Assembly: GCA_030390025.1 (NCBI GenBank) | Contig: JASTWF010000138.1 | Span: 310,001 to 374,000, forward strand | Direction of reading: 5' to 3' | From: Squalus acanthias | Taxonomy: Eukaryota | DNA length: 64,000 nt | Shown: positions 1 through 11,796 of the stretch, piece after piece | Position numbering within the stretch: the first letter of the stretch is position 1 | How the letters are laid out: each line of letters starts with the position of its first letter | Notes under the pieces: generated by a model | What the model was told of the DNA's origin: nothing | The model's input: the letters and a program-made list of their open reading frames with translations, nothing else | Database searches by the model: none | Translations under genes and position numbers: made by a program

Positions 1-55
1 CGGGCTCGATGGGCCGAATGGCCTCCTTCTGTCCTGTAACCATTCTATGATTTTA
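1..55 (+). mobile_element. CR1-type LINE 3' end
   Basis: ggctcgatgggccgaatggcctccttctgt...attctatgatt tail, shared with CR1 3' ends at 2800-2858 and 49215-49265. Confidence 0.75.
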
Positions 56-59
56 TATA

Positions 60-340
60 GGTCAAATAAATCAGCTTTGTTTCAAACACAGTGTGTTGAG
101 TCCTTGACGTCTCCAAGATAAGAGAAGACTATTTGATGTCCTGTTACTGACTGCTCCATTTTTGGGCCTTTTCTCCTTTCTAACTCTAGATTATTTCAGT
201 TCTCATACCTTCGGTTACTCTCATGGACAAGTCCCAGCTCCCCATACCTTACAGAGTGCCTCTCCCAGCCTTGGTATCCAGGGAAGGTATCGGTAACACG
301 CCCGGGATCACTAAACACAAAACCCAGTCTGTTAATCACT
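60..340 (+). other. 3' UTR/flank of a C2H2 ZNF paralogue lying upstream of the window
   Basis: Homologous to sequence after ZNF stops at 11936-12055 and 20678-20950 (aataaa-tcagctttgtttcaaacac...gggatcactaaacacaaaacccagtc). Confidence 0.65.
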
Positions 341-1677
341 TTCTGCTACTGGACTTAGCATCTGACCCACAGCATCTCTCTCACCTTCGATGTGTGAATA
401 GAGCATCACGCCTGCAAACCTGATTTTAAATTTGAATCCACTCAGAAAATGTATTGAACAAAATATGAACAAATAAACGCATCACGGCCTAATAATCCAG
501 CTCTATGTTCACAGGAGGAAGCCTGTTATCGAACTCCTCGAGTGAGCAAAATAATGAAAGATCCCAAATGTAAGGGCCCCTCGAATCCTTTGTTAATACC
601 TTTCAAATCCTGACCGGTTCCTGCCTTATTCTAGAATTCCCCATCCCTGTGGGAGTCGATATTGGTCAAAAACTACAAATTGTAAATTTCTAACTGATTT
701 TTCTCTTTCAGCTGTTTCAAGCTGACCAGGTCCTTCACTCAGAGAATCTCCAAGGAGACTCTTTGATTTAAACACAGCTCTCCCCTCTTTTATATCCGGG
801 ATTAGAGTTACCGGGAATTTGAATACCTGACCACTCAAATTTAAAAGGACCCGTCAGTGATACACAGACTGAACCAATCACACAGCTCTGGGTCAGTTTG
901 AATGATTCCTCTCTCCAGCCTGTAACCGATGAAACTTGTAACACTGAGGCTGAAATTCCACTGTCGTGTGCCGGGGGTGGAGGCAGTGCTGGGCACAGAG
1001 GGAGCAACAAACCGGGTTCAGAGAGGGCACAGTGGGCCTGCCCTTGACCTGGGTTTTCCGATGAGCTTGTCCTGGGGCCCAGTGGGCTTTCACTGCTCCG
1101 GGGTATTTCCGGGCATGTCCTCACTGCCCCTGGAATTCCCACACATTGCCCCCTGGGTGTGAGGCCAGCGCTCTGTGCCTTTAAACACAGGAGTGAAGCC
1201 GAGTCCTGCAGGCACACAGTCACCAGGAGGAATTTCTAACCGTCCGGACCGACCTTTTGGGGAGATTATCCCACTTTTGGGCCGGTTGTGGTTTCTTCCC
1301 ATTGTCCCGTTGCTTGTTCCCTTGGATTGGATCTTTATTTATTCCCTTTGGTTCGGTTTCAGTTTCACTGCTGGACCCACCACTCAAAGCACTTTGTCTG
1401 ATCTGCCCCCGGGAATGAGCAGACTCCTCCCTCACCCCCCACACTGCACCATCTCACCTCCTCTTTCCCCCTTGGTTGTGTTCCACACTCTGGGCCTTGG
1501 GCCTTCCCCGGGGATTCTCAGTATGAACAGGTGGGATGTGTTTGGAGACAGGGTGTCCCCGCTCTCCACCTTTGAAGGGACAAGGAGATGACCAGCTGGG
1601 CTGAATGGCCCTGCTTTATGACATCACTGCAGCGCCTAGCAACCAACCTCCCTCAGTCCTGCTCATTATGGGCTGGC

Positions 1678-2085
1678 AGTGTTTGACGAGACAGTGCAGA
1701 GGGAGCTTTACTCTGTATCTAACCCGTGCTGTACCTGCCCTGGGAGTGTTTGATGGGACAGTGTAGAGGGAGCTTTACTCTGTATGTAACCCGTGCTGTG
1801 CCTGCTTTGGGAGTGTTTGTTGGGACAGTGTAGAGGGAGCTTTACTCTGTATCTAACCCGTGCTGTGCCTGCCCTGCGAGTGTTTGATGGGACAGTGTAG
1901 AGGGAGCTTTACTCTGTATCTAACCTGTGCTGTACCTGCCCTGGGGGTATTTGATGGGACAGTGTCGAGGGAGCTTTACTCTGTATCCAACCCGTGCTGT
2001 ACCAGACTGGAGAGTGTTTGATGGGACAGTGTCGAGGGAGCTTTACTCTGTATCTAACCTGTGCTGTACCTGACTGGAGAGTGCT
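1678..2085 (+). repeat. 67-bp minisatellite (~6 units)
   Basis: Unit gtgtttgatgggacagtgtagagggagctttactctgtatctaacccgtgctgtacctgccctggga; period 67 (1741 to 1808). Confidence 0.95.
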
Positions 2086-2134
2086 TCAGGCAGACACTCG
2101 GAGCTCAGAACACCCCATTCCCCAGCACTGACAT

Positions 2135-2228
2135 GTGAGAAGTCGCACAACACCAGGTTATAGTCCAACAGCTTTATTTAAAATCACAAGCTTTCGGAGC
2201 GCTGCTCCTTCGTCAGGTGATTTCAAAT
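2135..2228 (-). mobile_element. Penelope-like terminal-repeat fragment with minimal hammerhead ribozyme
   Basis: Same family as 9090-9210, 18833-19039 and 25386-25478; minus strand reads aaatcac-CTGACGA-aggagc-agc-gctcc-GAAAGCTT-gtgattt. Confidence 0.7.
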
Positions 2229-2858
2229 CACTTTCATAAATGGAGGCATAGAGTACAAAAGCAAGGAAGTTATGATGAACCTTTATAAAACACTGGTTCG
2301 GCCTCAACTGGAGTATTGTGTCCAATTCTGGGCACCGCACTTTAGGAAGGATGTGAAGGCCTTAGAGAGGGTACAGAAAAGGTTTACAAGAATGATTCCA
2401 GGGATGAGGGACTTCAGTTACGTGGATAGACTGGAGAAGCTGGGGTGATTCTCCTTAGAGCAGAGAAGGTTGAGAGGAGATTTGATGGAGGTGTTCAAAA
2501 GCAAGTGGGGTCTGGACAGAGCAGATAGAGAGAAACTGTTCCCATTGGCGGAATGGTCGAGAACCAGAGGACACAGATTTAAGGTGATTGGCAGAAGAAC
2601 CAAAGGCGACATGAGGAAAAACTTTTTTACGCAGCGAGTGGTTAGGATCTGGAATGCACTGCCTGAAAGGGAGGTGGAGGCAGATTCAATCACGGCTTTC
2701 AAAAGGGAATTGGATAAGTATCTGAAGGAAAGAAATTTGCAGGGCTACGGGGAAAGGGCGGGGAGTGGGACTAGCTGAAGTGATCTTGCAGAGAGCCGGC
2801 ACGGGCTCGACGGGCTGAATGGGCTCCTTCTGTGCTGCAACCATTCTATGATTCTATA
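2228..2858 (+). mobile_element. CR1 LINE 3' fragment
   Basis: RT C-terminal motifs LEYCVQFWAPH, RGDLMEVFK, FFTQRVVRIWNALP; attctatg tail. Confidence 0.92.
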
Positions 2859-3039
2859 AAATATTAGAAAGTTTGCGCCACAGAAGCACGAGGTTTATCT
2901 GCTTTTATTCATGAATTTAAAAAGTCTGTATTAAAACCTGAGCCAGTGTGTTGTGAGACAAAGAGCCTTGTGTCCAATAAGGGGAATAAAGGCCCACAGC
3001 CTCCCCTGGCCCCGGGCCCTGAACAAGGGACTGGAGAAA

Positions 3040-3502
3040 TAACAACAGAAAACGCTGGAAAAACTCAGCAGGCCAGGCAGCATCCGTAGAGAGAGAAAGA
3101 GAGTTGACGTTTCAGGTCGATGACCTTTCATCAGAACTGGGAAGAGCTGGAAATCAAATAGATTTAAGGCCAGGGTAAAGCTGGGAAAAGGGGGCGGGGA
3201 TAAAGGAACAAAGGAGGAGATGAAGAGACATTAAGAGACATTAAGAGATATGCAAGGCTAGAGGTGGTGTTAATGTGACAGATTAAGGCTGAATGAAGTG
3301 TGAAATCCACTGGCAGAATGAAGGACAGCTGCCAGCTTCTAGGAGGAAAAAAAAGGTGGGGGGGACAAATAAAAGGGTGGATAAAATAAAATATAAATGT
3401 GATTGGAGCTGAGGTTATGATCTAAAATTGTTGAACTCGATATTGAGTCCAGAGGGCTGTAGCGTGCCTAAACGAAAGATGAGGTGCTGTTCCTCGAGCC
3501 CG
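3040..3502 (-). mobile_element. 5'-truncated Penelope-like element (3' end) with 14-bp target-site duplication
   Basis: Near-identical to 54466-54935; flanked by agggactggagaaa at 3026-3039 and 3503-3516; the paralogous promoter at 9963-9980 is the empty site. Confidence 0.88.
3102..3138 (-). ncRNA. Minimal type I hammerhead ribozyme
   Basis: Minus strand AGUU-CUGAUGA-AAGGUC-AUC-GACCU-GAAAC-GUC-AACU: intact core, stems I and II, GUC cleavage triplet. Confidence 0.8.
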
Positions 3503-3516
3503 AGGGACTGGAGAAA

Positions 3517-4010
3517 CTCGCTGCCCCGCGGATCAGACAATCAGCCGGCGCTAGTCCCGCCCCTCGGGCTCCCCGATTGGTTGGAGGACCCGCCGCCGGC
3601 TCGCTCCTCCGGCCCCGCCCCACACGTTCCCTATTGGTCAATCAGGCCGTGGACCCGGATCACGCTTCCCCGAGGAGATCACGTGCTCCGTCCAACTGAC
3701 TCCGCTCGGTCCGGGGCCTCGCGGACTCTGAGGTTTTTCTATTTCTCTTTATTCTCTCCCGATCCACCCCTCCCCCCCACCCCGCGCGATGCACCACCCA
3801 ATCGGAGCGGAGAAAACTCACTTTGCGTCACCGATCGCGAGTCTGTAACCGACACCAAGGCCTTACCCCGGAATGCGCCGCGCCGACTCCGTCCGGCAGG
3901 ATCCGACCGCGCAAGCGCAGCTCCGAGTGGGGGAGGGGGTTGGTGTTCTCTGGGCATGCGCGGTTATTACCCTTGGTGACCGGGAGGGGGCGCTGTGCCG
4001 GACTCGGCCC
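3517..4010 (+). promoter_or_regulatory. CpG-island promoter of ZNF-A
   Basis: GC/CpG rich; CCAAT boxes (attgg), GC boxes (ccccgccc), NRF1-like gcatgcgc; paralogous to 9978-10140 and 59810-60000. Confidence 0.65.
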
Positions 4011-4019
4011 AACCCGCCA

Positions 4020-4212
4020 ATTAAGTGACGTCACTGTTGTAATGTGGGAAAGGCGGCAGCCAATCAGCGCCCAGCAAGACTGAGGGATAAACATTGGCCC
4101 GGACACCGGGGATAGCTCCCCTGCTCTTCTTAGAAACCGGGCCTCCATTTAATATCTCCTCTGAAAGACGGCACCTCCGACAGTGCCGCACTCCCTCAGC
4201 ACTGCGCTGGAC
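4020..4212 (-). mobile_element. Degenerate tRNA-derived SINE (Deu/L2-tailed type)
   Basis: Reverse complement matches the SINE body at 32900-33180 (cagtgctgagggagtgcggcactgtcggaggtgccgtctttc). Confidence 0.7.
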
Positions 4213-4620
4213 TGTTCCAACCGCGGGGTTTTGTGCGCTGAGCATGCGCGTTGTGGACCGGTCGGGACGGGCGATTGTGGAGCAGGAGGGAGAGCGCGGG
4301 GGCCATGAGCACATGGGCGGGACTCAGAGTCAACAGAGCGCTTTCTGGAGCGCCGGGGCTTGTGGGTATTGCAGCCGCCATTACTGCTGATCCTTTCAAC
4401 CAACCTGTGCAGCAGCTGGAGCCTGAAAATCAGCTTCACTGCCCCTAGGTTCGGAAAGCGGAAAATTAAACAACAGTTTGCCTCTGATCCTTTTCTGAAC
4501 TTGATTTACAGGGTTATAGAAGTGGAGCAGTTACAGGCGGGAAGGTCAGACCCAACATCACGTCAAAATCTGACAGAGTCGCTCGATTCATCAGGACCTG
4601 AATATCATCGGCCTTTGCAC

Positions 4621-6006
4621 ATGGAAGGAGAAAGCAGCGATCGCAGCGATGACAAACCGCACACGTGTTCGGTGTGTGGACGCGGATTCAGCCGATCGCC
4701 TGCCCTGGCGAGACACGTGCACAGTCACACCGGGGATAAACCGGGTAAAGGTGGGGACGGTGGGAAGGGATTCAGTTCCCCGTCTGCAATAGAAGTTCAA
4801 CGGCGCAGTCACACCAGGGACAGTCCGTTCACCTGCTCCGTGTGTGGAAAGGGATTTGTTTGTTCATCCCACCTGCAAACACACCAGCGAGTTCACACTG
4901 ATGAGAGACCATTTCAGTGTTCTGACTGTGGGAAGAGCTTTAAAAGCCCCCAGGATCTGAAGCGACACCAGCTTGTTCACACTAATGAGCGACCGTTTAC
5001 GTGTCCTGACTGTGGGAATAGCTTTAAATGCTCTGGCGATCTGAAGGGACACCAGCAAGCTCACACTGATGAGAGGCCGTTTAACTGTCCTGACTGTGGT
5101 AAGAGCTTTAAAAGTTCCGGGGATCTGAAGGGACACCAGCTTGTTCACACTGCGGAAAGGCCGTTCACCTGCTCCGTGTGTGGGAAGGGATTCTTGCAGT
5201 CCTCCACCCTGCTGACACACCAGCTTGTTCACACTGATGAGAGACCATTTAACTGTTCTGACTGTGGGAAGAGCTTTAAAAGCCCTTGGGAGCTGAAGGG
5301 ACACCAGCGAGTTCACACTGATGAGAGACCTTTTAAATGTTCTGAGTGTGGGAAGAGCTTTAAAATCCCCCGGGAGCTCAAGCAACACCAGCGAGTTCAC
5401 ACTGGAGAGAGGCCGTTCACCTGCTCCGAGTGTGGGAAAGGATTCACTCAGTCATCCAACCTGCAGAGACACCAGCGCCTCCACACTGGGGAGAGAATAT
5501 TCATCTGCTCCGAATGTGGGAAGGGATTTACTGAATCATCCACCCTGCAGACACACCAGCTTGTTCACACTGACGAGAGACCCTTTAAATGTTCTGAATG
5601 TGGGAAGAGCTTTAAAAGCTCCCGGGAGCTGAAGAGACACCAACACCTACACACTGGAGAGAGACCGTTCACCTGCTCCGTGTGTGGGAAGGGATTTGCT
5701 CGGTCCTCCAACCTGCTGGTACATCAGCGAGTTCACACTGGAGAGAACCCCTTTAAATGTTCTGACTGTGGGAGAAGCTTTAAAAGCTCCGGGGAGCTGA
5801 AGAGACACCAACACCTACACACTGGGGAGAGCCCGTTCACCTGCTCTGTGTGTGGGAAGGGATTCACTCAGTCATCCACCCTCCTGTCACACCAGCTTGT
5901 TCACACTGACGAGAGACCCTTTAAATGTTCTGACTGTGGGAAGAGCTTTAAAAGCTCTAAGAACCTTAAGAGACACCAGCGTCTTCAGACTGATCATAGA
6001 ATCTAA
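4621..6006 (+). CDS. ZNF-A: tandem C2H2 zinc-finger protein (14 intact fingers plus 2 degenerate), C-terminus cut by CR1 insertion
   Basis: CxxC-x12-HxxxH repeats with TGERP/TDERP linkers; acceptor tttacag at ~4511; first in-frame ATG at 4621; stop supplied by inserted CR1; no KRAB/SCAN/BTB seen. Confidence 0.88.
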   Translation: MEGESSDRSDDKPHTCSVCGRGFSRSPALARHVHSHTGDKPGKGGDGGKGFSSPSAIEVQRRSHTRDSPFTCSVCGKGFVCSSHLQTHQRVHTDERPFQCSDCGKSFKSPQDLKRHQLVHTNERPFTCPDCGNSFKCSGDLKGHQQAHTDERPFNCPDCGKSFKSSGDLKGHQLVHTAERPFTCSVCGKGFLQSSTLLTHQLVHTDERPFNCSDCGKSFKSPWELKGHQRVHTDERPFKCSECGKSFKIPRELKQHQRVHTGERPFTCSECGKGFTQSSNLQRHQRLHTGERIFICSECGKGFTESSTLQTHQLVHTDERPFKCSECGKSFKSSRELKRHQHLHTGERPFTCSVCGKGFARSSNLLVHQRVHTGENPFKCSDCGRSFKSSGELKRHQHLHTGESPFTCSVCGKGFTQSSTLLSHQLVHTDERPFKCSDCGKSFKSSKNLKRHQRLQTDHRI

Positions 6007-8860
6007 CAGCACAGAAGGAGGTGATTCGGCCCATCGTGTCTGTGCCGGCTCTTTGAAAGAACTGTCCAATTTAGTCCCAAACCCCAGCTTTATCCCCAGA
6101 ACTCTGCAAACTAGTCCTCTTCAAGTACACGTCCAATCACCATTTGAAAGTTCCTGTGGAACCTGATTCCAGCATCCTTTCAGATGGTGCGTTCCAGATC
6201 TTAACAACCCTCTGTGTGAAAACAATTCTCCTCATTCACCTCTAGTTCTTTTAGCAACTATTTTAAATCTGTGACCTTTGGTTACCGACCCACTTGTCAG
6301 AGGGAACAGTTTCTCCCTACTTGCTCGATCAAAACCCCTCATCATTTTGAACACCTCTATTAAGTCTCCTCTTAACCTTCTCTGCTCTAAGGGGAACAAT
6401 CCCAGCTTCTCCAATCTCTCCACATCACTGAAGTCCCTCATCCCTGGTACCATCCTGGTCAACCTCCTCTGCACCCTCTCCAAGGCCTTGACATCCTTCC
6501 TAAAGTGTGGTGCCCAGAACTGTACACAAGACTCCAGCTGAGGCCAAAACCCTGCAGCAACACAAAACCCTGGTTAGACCACACCTGGAGTACTGTGAGC
6601 AGTTCTGGGCATCACACCTTAGGAAGGATATATTGGCCTTGGAGGGAGAGCAGCGTAGGTTTACCAGAATGATACCCGGACTTCAAGGGTTAAGTTACGG
6701 GGAGAGATTACACAAATTAGGGTTGTATTTCCTTGAATTTAGAAGGTTAAGGTGTGATCTGATCGAAGTTTTCAGGATATTAAGGGGAACAGATAGGGTA
6801 GATAGAGAGAAACTATTTCCGCTGGTTGGGGATTCTAGGACTCGGGGCATAGTCTAAAAATTAGAGCCAGACCTTTCAGGAGTGAAATTAGGAAACACTT
6901 CTACACACAAAGGGTGGTAGAAGTTTGGAACTCTCTTCCGCAAACGGCAATTGATGCGAGATCAATTGTTAATTTTAAATCTGAGATTGATAGGTTTTTG
7001 TCAACCAAAGGTATTAAGGGATATGGGCCAAAGGCGGGTGTATGGAGTTAGGTCACAGATCAGCCATGATCTCATTGAATGGCGGAACAGGCTCGAGGGG
7101 CTGAATGGCCTCCTCCTGTCCTATGTTCCTAACTAGTGATTTGTAAAGGTTCAGTGTAACTTCCTTGTTTTTGTATTCAATGGCCCTATTTACAAAGCCA
7201 AGTATCCCATACACTTTCTGAACCGCCTCACCAACTTGCCGTGGCACATTCAATGATTTGTGAATATGGACCCCCAGGTCCCTCTGCTCTTGCACCCCCT
7301 CAAAATAGTCCCATTTAGATTATACGGCCTCTCCCTGTTGTTCCTCCCAAAGTGCATCACTTCACACTTATCCTCATTTAATTTCATCTGCCTTGTGTCT
7401 GCTCATTTCACAGTCTGTCTCTGTCCTCCTGAAGTCTGCTACTACTATGCTCACTATTTACTACGTTGCCAAGTTTTGTATCATCTGTAAACTTCAAACT
7501 TGTCCACCTATACCCAAGTCCAGGTCAGTTATATATAACAAGAAAAGCAATGGTCCTAATCCCGACCCCTGGGGGAACCCACTGCATACTTCCCTCCAGT
7601 CAGAAAAACATCCCTCAGCACTGCTCACTGCCTCCTCTCCCTTAGCCAATTATATACCCAAATTACCATCAGCCCTTTCATTCCCTGTGCTTCTATTCCC
7701 CGAGTAAGTCTCTTATGTGGTACTTTATCAAATGCCTTTTGAAAGTCCATATATACAACATCTGCTGCACTACCTTCATCAACCCTCTGTTACTTCATCA
7801 AAGAACTCAATCAGGTTAGTCAGACACGATTTACCTTTAACAAATCCATACTGGCTGCCTCTTATTAACCCATGCTTCTCCAAGTGAGAATTAATTTTGT
7901 CCTTGACAATGGTCTCTAGTCGTTCACCCATCACTGACATTAGACTGATTGGCCTGTAGTTACCAGGTTTATCCCTCTCCCCTTTTTTAAACAGGGTGTA
8001 ACATTTGCAATCCTCCAGTCCTCTGGCACCACTCCCATATATCTGAGGGAGATTGAAAGATTGTGGTCAGAGCTTCTGCTATCTCCACCCTAGCTTCCCT
8101 CAGCAACCTAGGATGCATCGCATCTGGACCGGGTGACTTGTTAACTTTGAGTGATGACAACCTATTTAGCACCTCCTTTCTATCCATTTTTATCCTATCC
8201 AATTTCTCTACTCCCCCCTCCTCTACTGCGACATTAACTTCATCCTCTTCTTTTGTGAAGACAGATGCTAAGTACTCATTCATACCTCAGCCATGCCCTC
8301 TGCCTCCGTATGATGAGCTCCTATTTGGTCCCTAATCAGCCCCACCATTCCTTTAACTATCCTTTTACTTTTCATATGTTTATAGAAGATTTTTGGGTTC
8401 TCTATTATGTTACCCGCTAATCTTTTCTCATGTTGTCTCTTTGCCCTTCTTATATCCTGCTCCAATTTCCCCCGCACTCTCTGTATTCTGCCTGGTTTTT
8501 GACTGTATTCTGTACCTGACATTTGTCATAAACCTCCTTTTTCTGTTTTATTCTAACCTCTATATCCTTTGTCATTGGGAGCTCTAGCTTTGGATGGCCC
8601 ATCTTTCCTCCTTATGGGAATATGCTTGGTTTGTACCCGAACTATCTCAGCCTTGAAGGCCTGCCATTGGTCATTCACTGTTTTCCTGGACAATCTTTGT
8701 TTCCAGTCCACCTGTGCTCGATCCCTTCTCAAATCACTGAGATTGGCTCTCTTCCAGCTGGGTATTTTCACCATTGATTTTTCTTTGTCCCTTTCCTTAA
8801 CTACTTTAAACCTAATGATATTGTGAGCACTGTTAACCAGATCCCTCCTGCCCCAGAACC
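5995..8860 (-). mobile_element. CR1 LINE (5'-truncated, degraded ORF2) inserted into ZNF-A
   Basis: Minus-strand motifs KSPGPD, NEYLASVFTKE, RGDLIEVFK; 3' tail at 5995; interrupted by a nested CR1. Confidence 0.9.
6547..7130 (+). mobile_element. CR1 3' fragment nested in the opposite orientation
   Basis: KTLVRPHLEYCEQFWASHL...; host CR1 resumes at ~7131 (ctgaggcc | aactagtgatttgtaaagg). Confidence 0.88.
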
Positions 8861-8861
8861 A

Positions 8862-8945
8862 ATGAGAGACCCTTTAAATGTTCTGACTGTGCAAAGAGGT
8901 TTCAGAGGTCATCCAACCTGCTGAGTCACCAGCGAGTTCACACAG
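8862..8945 (+). pseudogene. Detached terminal zinc finger of ZNF-A
   Basis: Encodes (D)[27 protein letters not shown]; joins in frame to 5991-5994 if the CR1 block is removed. Confidence 0.8.
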
Positions 8946-9089
8946 ATCTTCAAAGAAAGGAAGAGGTTTTAGAAAGGCTGGCAGTACTAAAAGTTCACAG
9001 CCATCTCAGAGTAGTGTCCCTTTAATTACAATCTCGCAAAACAAGAAGAATCACTGTCCCTTTGCTTTGCTGATTTGTATTCCTTCCCT

Positions 9090-9212
9090 TCACCTGACGA
9101 AGGAGCAGCGCTCCGAAAGCTTGTGATTTCAAATAAAACTGTTGGACTATAACCTGGTGTTGTGCGACTTCTCATTTTTGTCCACCCCAGTCCAACACCG
9201 GCATCTCCACAT
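9090..9212 (+). mobile_element. Penelope-like terminal repeat with hammerhead ribozyme (9090-9126)
   Basis: tcac-CTGACGA-aggagc-agc-gctcc-GAAAGCTT-gtga followed by the family tail ...ccagtccaacaccggcatctccacat. Confidence 0.75.
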
Positions 9213-9324
9213 CACTGTCCCTTTAACTACCACAAATCCCTGTGTGGAGGAGAGTGGAGACACAATCCATCCCAGTAACTGTCGCAGAACAGAATTAGCG
9301 ACCCTCCCCCACTACTGCTTTTCC

Positions 9325-9740
9325 TCAAGTGTCTCATCCTTAAAATTCTCATCCTTGTTTTCAAATCCCTCCGTGGCCTCGCCCCTCCCTATCTCTGTCA
9401 TCTCTTCCAGCCCCGACAACCTTCCGAGATGTTTGCGCTTCTCTAATTCCGGCTTCTTGTGCATCCCCGATTTTAATCGCTCCACCATTGGTGGCCGTGC
9501 CTTCAGCTGCCTGGGGCCCAAGCTCTGGAATTCCTTCCCTAAACCTCTCCATCTCTCTACCTCTCTCTCCTTCTTTAAGATGCTCCTTAAAACCTACCTC
9601 TTTGACCAAGCTTTTGGTCATCTGCCCGAATATCTCCTTATGTGGCTCGATGTCAATTTTTGTTTTTTAACGATCCTGTGAAGAGCCTTGGGACGTTTTA
9701 CTACATTAAAGGCGCTTTATAAATACAAGTGGTTGTTGTT
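9325..9740 (+). mobile_element. L2-type LINE 3' fragment
   Basis: GGRAFSCLGPKLWNS...LLKTYLFDQAF, ggcgctttataaatacaagt-(gtt)n tail. Confidence 0.85.
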
Positions 9741-9977
9741 TCCTGAAACTAATAATAAATTCCCCAGAGGGAAAAAAACTTGTACTTTTACTCCCAAATA
9801 TTAAAAAGTTTGTTCTACGGAAGTGCGGGGTTTATCTGCTTTTATTCATGAATTTAAAAAGTCTGTATTAAAACCTGAGCCAGTGTGTTGTGAGACAAAG
9901 AGCCTTGTGTCCAATAAGGGGAATAAAGGCCCACAGCCTCCCCTGGCCCCGGGCCCTGAACAAGGGACTGGAGAAAC

Positions 9978-10460
9978 TCGCTGCCCCGCGGATCAGACAA
10001 TCAGCCGGCGCTAGTCCCGCCCCTCGGGCTCCCCGATTGGTTGGAGGACCCGCCGCCGGCTCGCTCCTCCAGCCCCGCCCCGCTCGCTCCCTATTGGTCG
10101 GAAGCTCACGTCAATCAGGCCGTGGGCCCGGGTCACGTGTCAGTGGAGTGTGAAATGCCAAACTGAGAACCTCCGCTCGGGGCCCGGGCTGAGCTGCAGG
10201 TCGGCGGGAGCGGGATCGGGAATTAATAAACTGCCGCAGTGTTTATAAAGTTGGAGAACGGCCTCAGGCCCGAATGAGATCCAGCGGCTCGGTCTTTGTT
10301 CCGCCGGACGGCAGCTGTGAGGCTTTCGCTCGGTGACAGGCCCGGGTTACGCGCCGCCATCTTGGTGGAGGAAAGACGGACCGGTCCCACCTGCAGCACG
10401 GCGCATGCGCAGCCATCTTGGTACAGGAACAGCGTGTGGGCGGGGCTTCAGGGTCCCAGT
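9978..10460 (+). promoter_or_regulatory. CpG-island promoter of ZNF-B, possibly bidirectional
   Basis: CCAAT and GC boxes; YY1-type gccgccatctt at 10353-10363; perfect NRF1 palindrome gcgcatgcgc at ~10401-10410. Confidence 0.7.
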
Positions 10461-11229
10461 GACCAGGAGAGACAATCATTGACTCATTGATTTTATTCTC
10501 ACTCTGCACACAGCGGGTGTGGAACTGAACCCAACCAGAGTAGAGGGAGGGGGAAAACTGGGAGTGGAGGAAAGAAATGTTGGAGATGGTGCGATGGGTT
10601 TGGATTTCAGCACAGGGAGGAGGGAGAGTGTGTGGGACGGGGATTTACAGCTTTGGGGGAACAAGAGAGGAAAGAATGTTCCACAGAAACTAGAATTGTC
10701 TTTTCTGAATTTCTATCCTGTACTTACAGTGATGTCTTTTGTAAACTCATTTTATAGGGTGTTAGAAGGGGAGGATTTACAGACGGGAAACTCAAACCAA
10801 ACATCACAACAAGATCTGACAGAGTCACTCCATTCATCAGGACCTGAATATCATCGGTCTTTGAATGTGGAAGGAGAAATGTTTGTCTGTTCTGTCTGTG
10901 GGAAAAGATTTCAAACATCAGTGTGACTGGAAAAGCACCGAGACACACACACCCGAGTGAGAGTGTTCCAGTGCACTGACTGTGGAAAGAGCTTTAACCA
11001 GTTACACAGCCTGAAAAAACATCGCACCATTCACAGCGGGGAGAAACCGTACACGTGTTCTGTGTGTGGACGAGGCTTCAACTGATCGTCCAACCTGGAG
11101 AGACACAAGGACACCCGCACCACGGAGAAACCGTGGAAATGTGGGGACTGTGGGAAGGGATTCAATTTTCCATCCAAGCTGGAAACTCATCGACGCAGTC
11201 ACACCGGGGAGAGGCCATTTACCTGCTCC

Positions 11230-11796
11230 ATGTGTGGGAAGGGATTCACTCAGTCATCCAGCCTCCAGTCACACCAGAGAGTTCACACTGGGGAGAAACC
11301 GTTCTCCTGCTCCATGTGTGGGAGGGGATTCGCAGAGTTATCCAAGCTCCAGATACACCAGCGAGTTCACACTGGGGAGAGGCCGTTCTCCTGCTCCGTG
11401 TGTGGGAGGGGATTCGCAGAGTTATCCAAGCTCCAGATACACCAGAGAGTTCACACTGGGGAGAGGCCGTTCACATGTATTGAATGTGGGAAGGGATTCA
11501 CTCAGTTATACAAGCTCCAGACACACCAGCGAGTTCACACTGGGGAGAGGCCATTCACCTGCTCTGTGTGTGGGAAGGGATTCACTCAGTCATCCCATCT
11601 TCTGACTCACCAACTTGTTCACACTGTTAAGAGACCATTTAGATGTTCTGACTGTGAGAAGAGCTTTAAAAGCACAAGTGACCTGCTGAGACACCAGCGC
11701 ACTCACACTGGGGAGAGACCGTTCACCTGCTCCGTGTGTGGGAAGGGATTCACTCAGTCATGCACTCTGCTGAGACACCAGCGAGTTCACCAGTGA
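11230..11796 (+). CDS. ZNF-B: C2H2 zinc-finger gene (coding exon from ~10758; upstream fingers interrupted by stops; start uncertain)
   Basis: 8 fingers in frame from 11122 to 11796; in-frame TGA at 10924 and 11083; the ATG present in paralogue D (17904) reads ACG here (~11122); AATAAA at ~11938. Confidence 0.7.
   Translation: MCGKGFTQSSSLQSHQRVHTGEKPFSCSMCGRGFAELSKLQIHQRVHTGERPFSCSVCGRGFAELSKLQIHQRVHTGERPFTCIECGKGFTQLYKLQTHQRVHTGERPFTCSVCGKGFTQSSHLLTHQLVHTVKRPFRCSDCEKSFKSTSDLLRHQRTHTGERPFTCSVCGKGFTQSCTLLRHQRVHQ

Noticed and set aside
768-1591. Overlapping short ORFs
   Set aside because: No recognisable domain or supported splice structure
4360-4620. Signal-peptide-like N-terminus of the 548-aa ORF
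   Set aside because: ORF starts at a non-ATG codon upstream of the family splice acceptor at ~4511, so it is probably intron/UTR read-through
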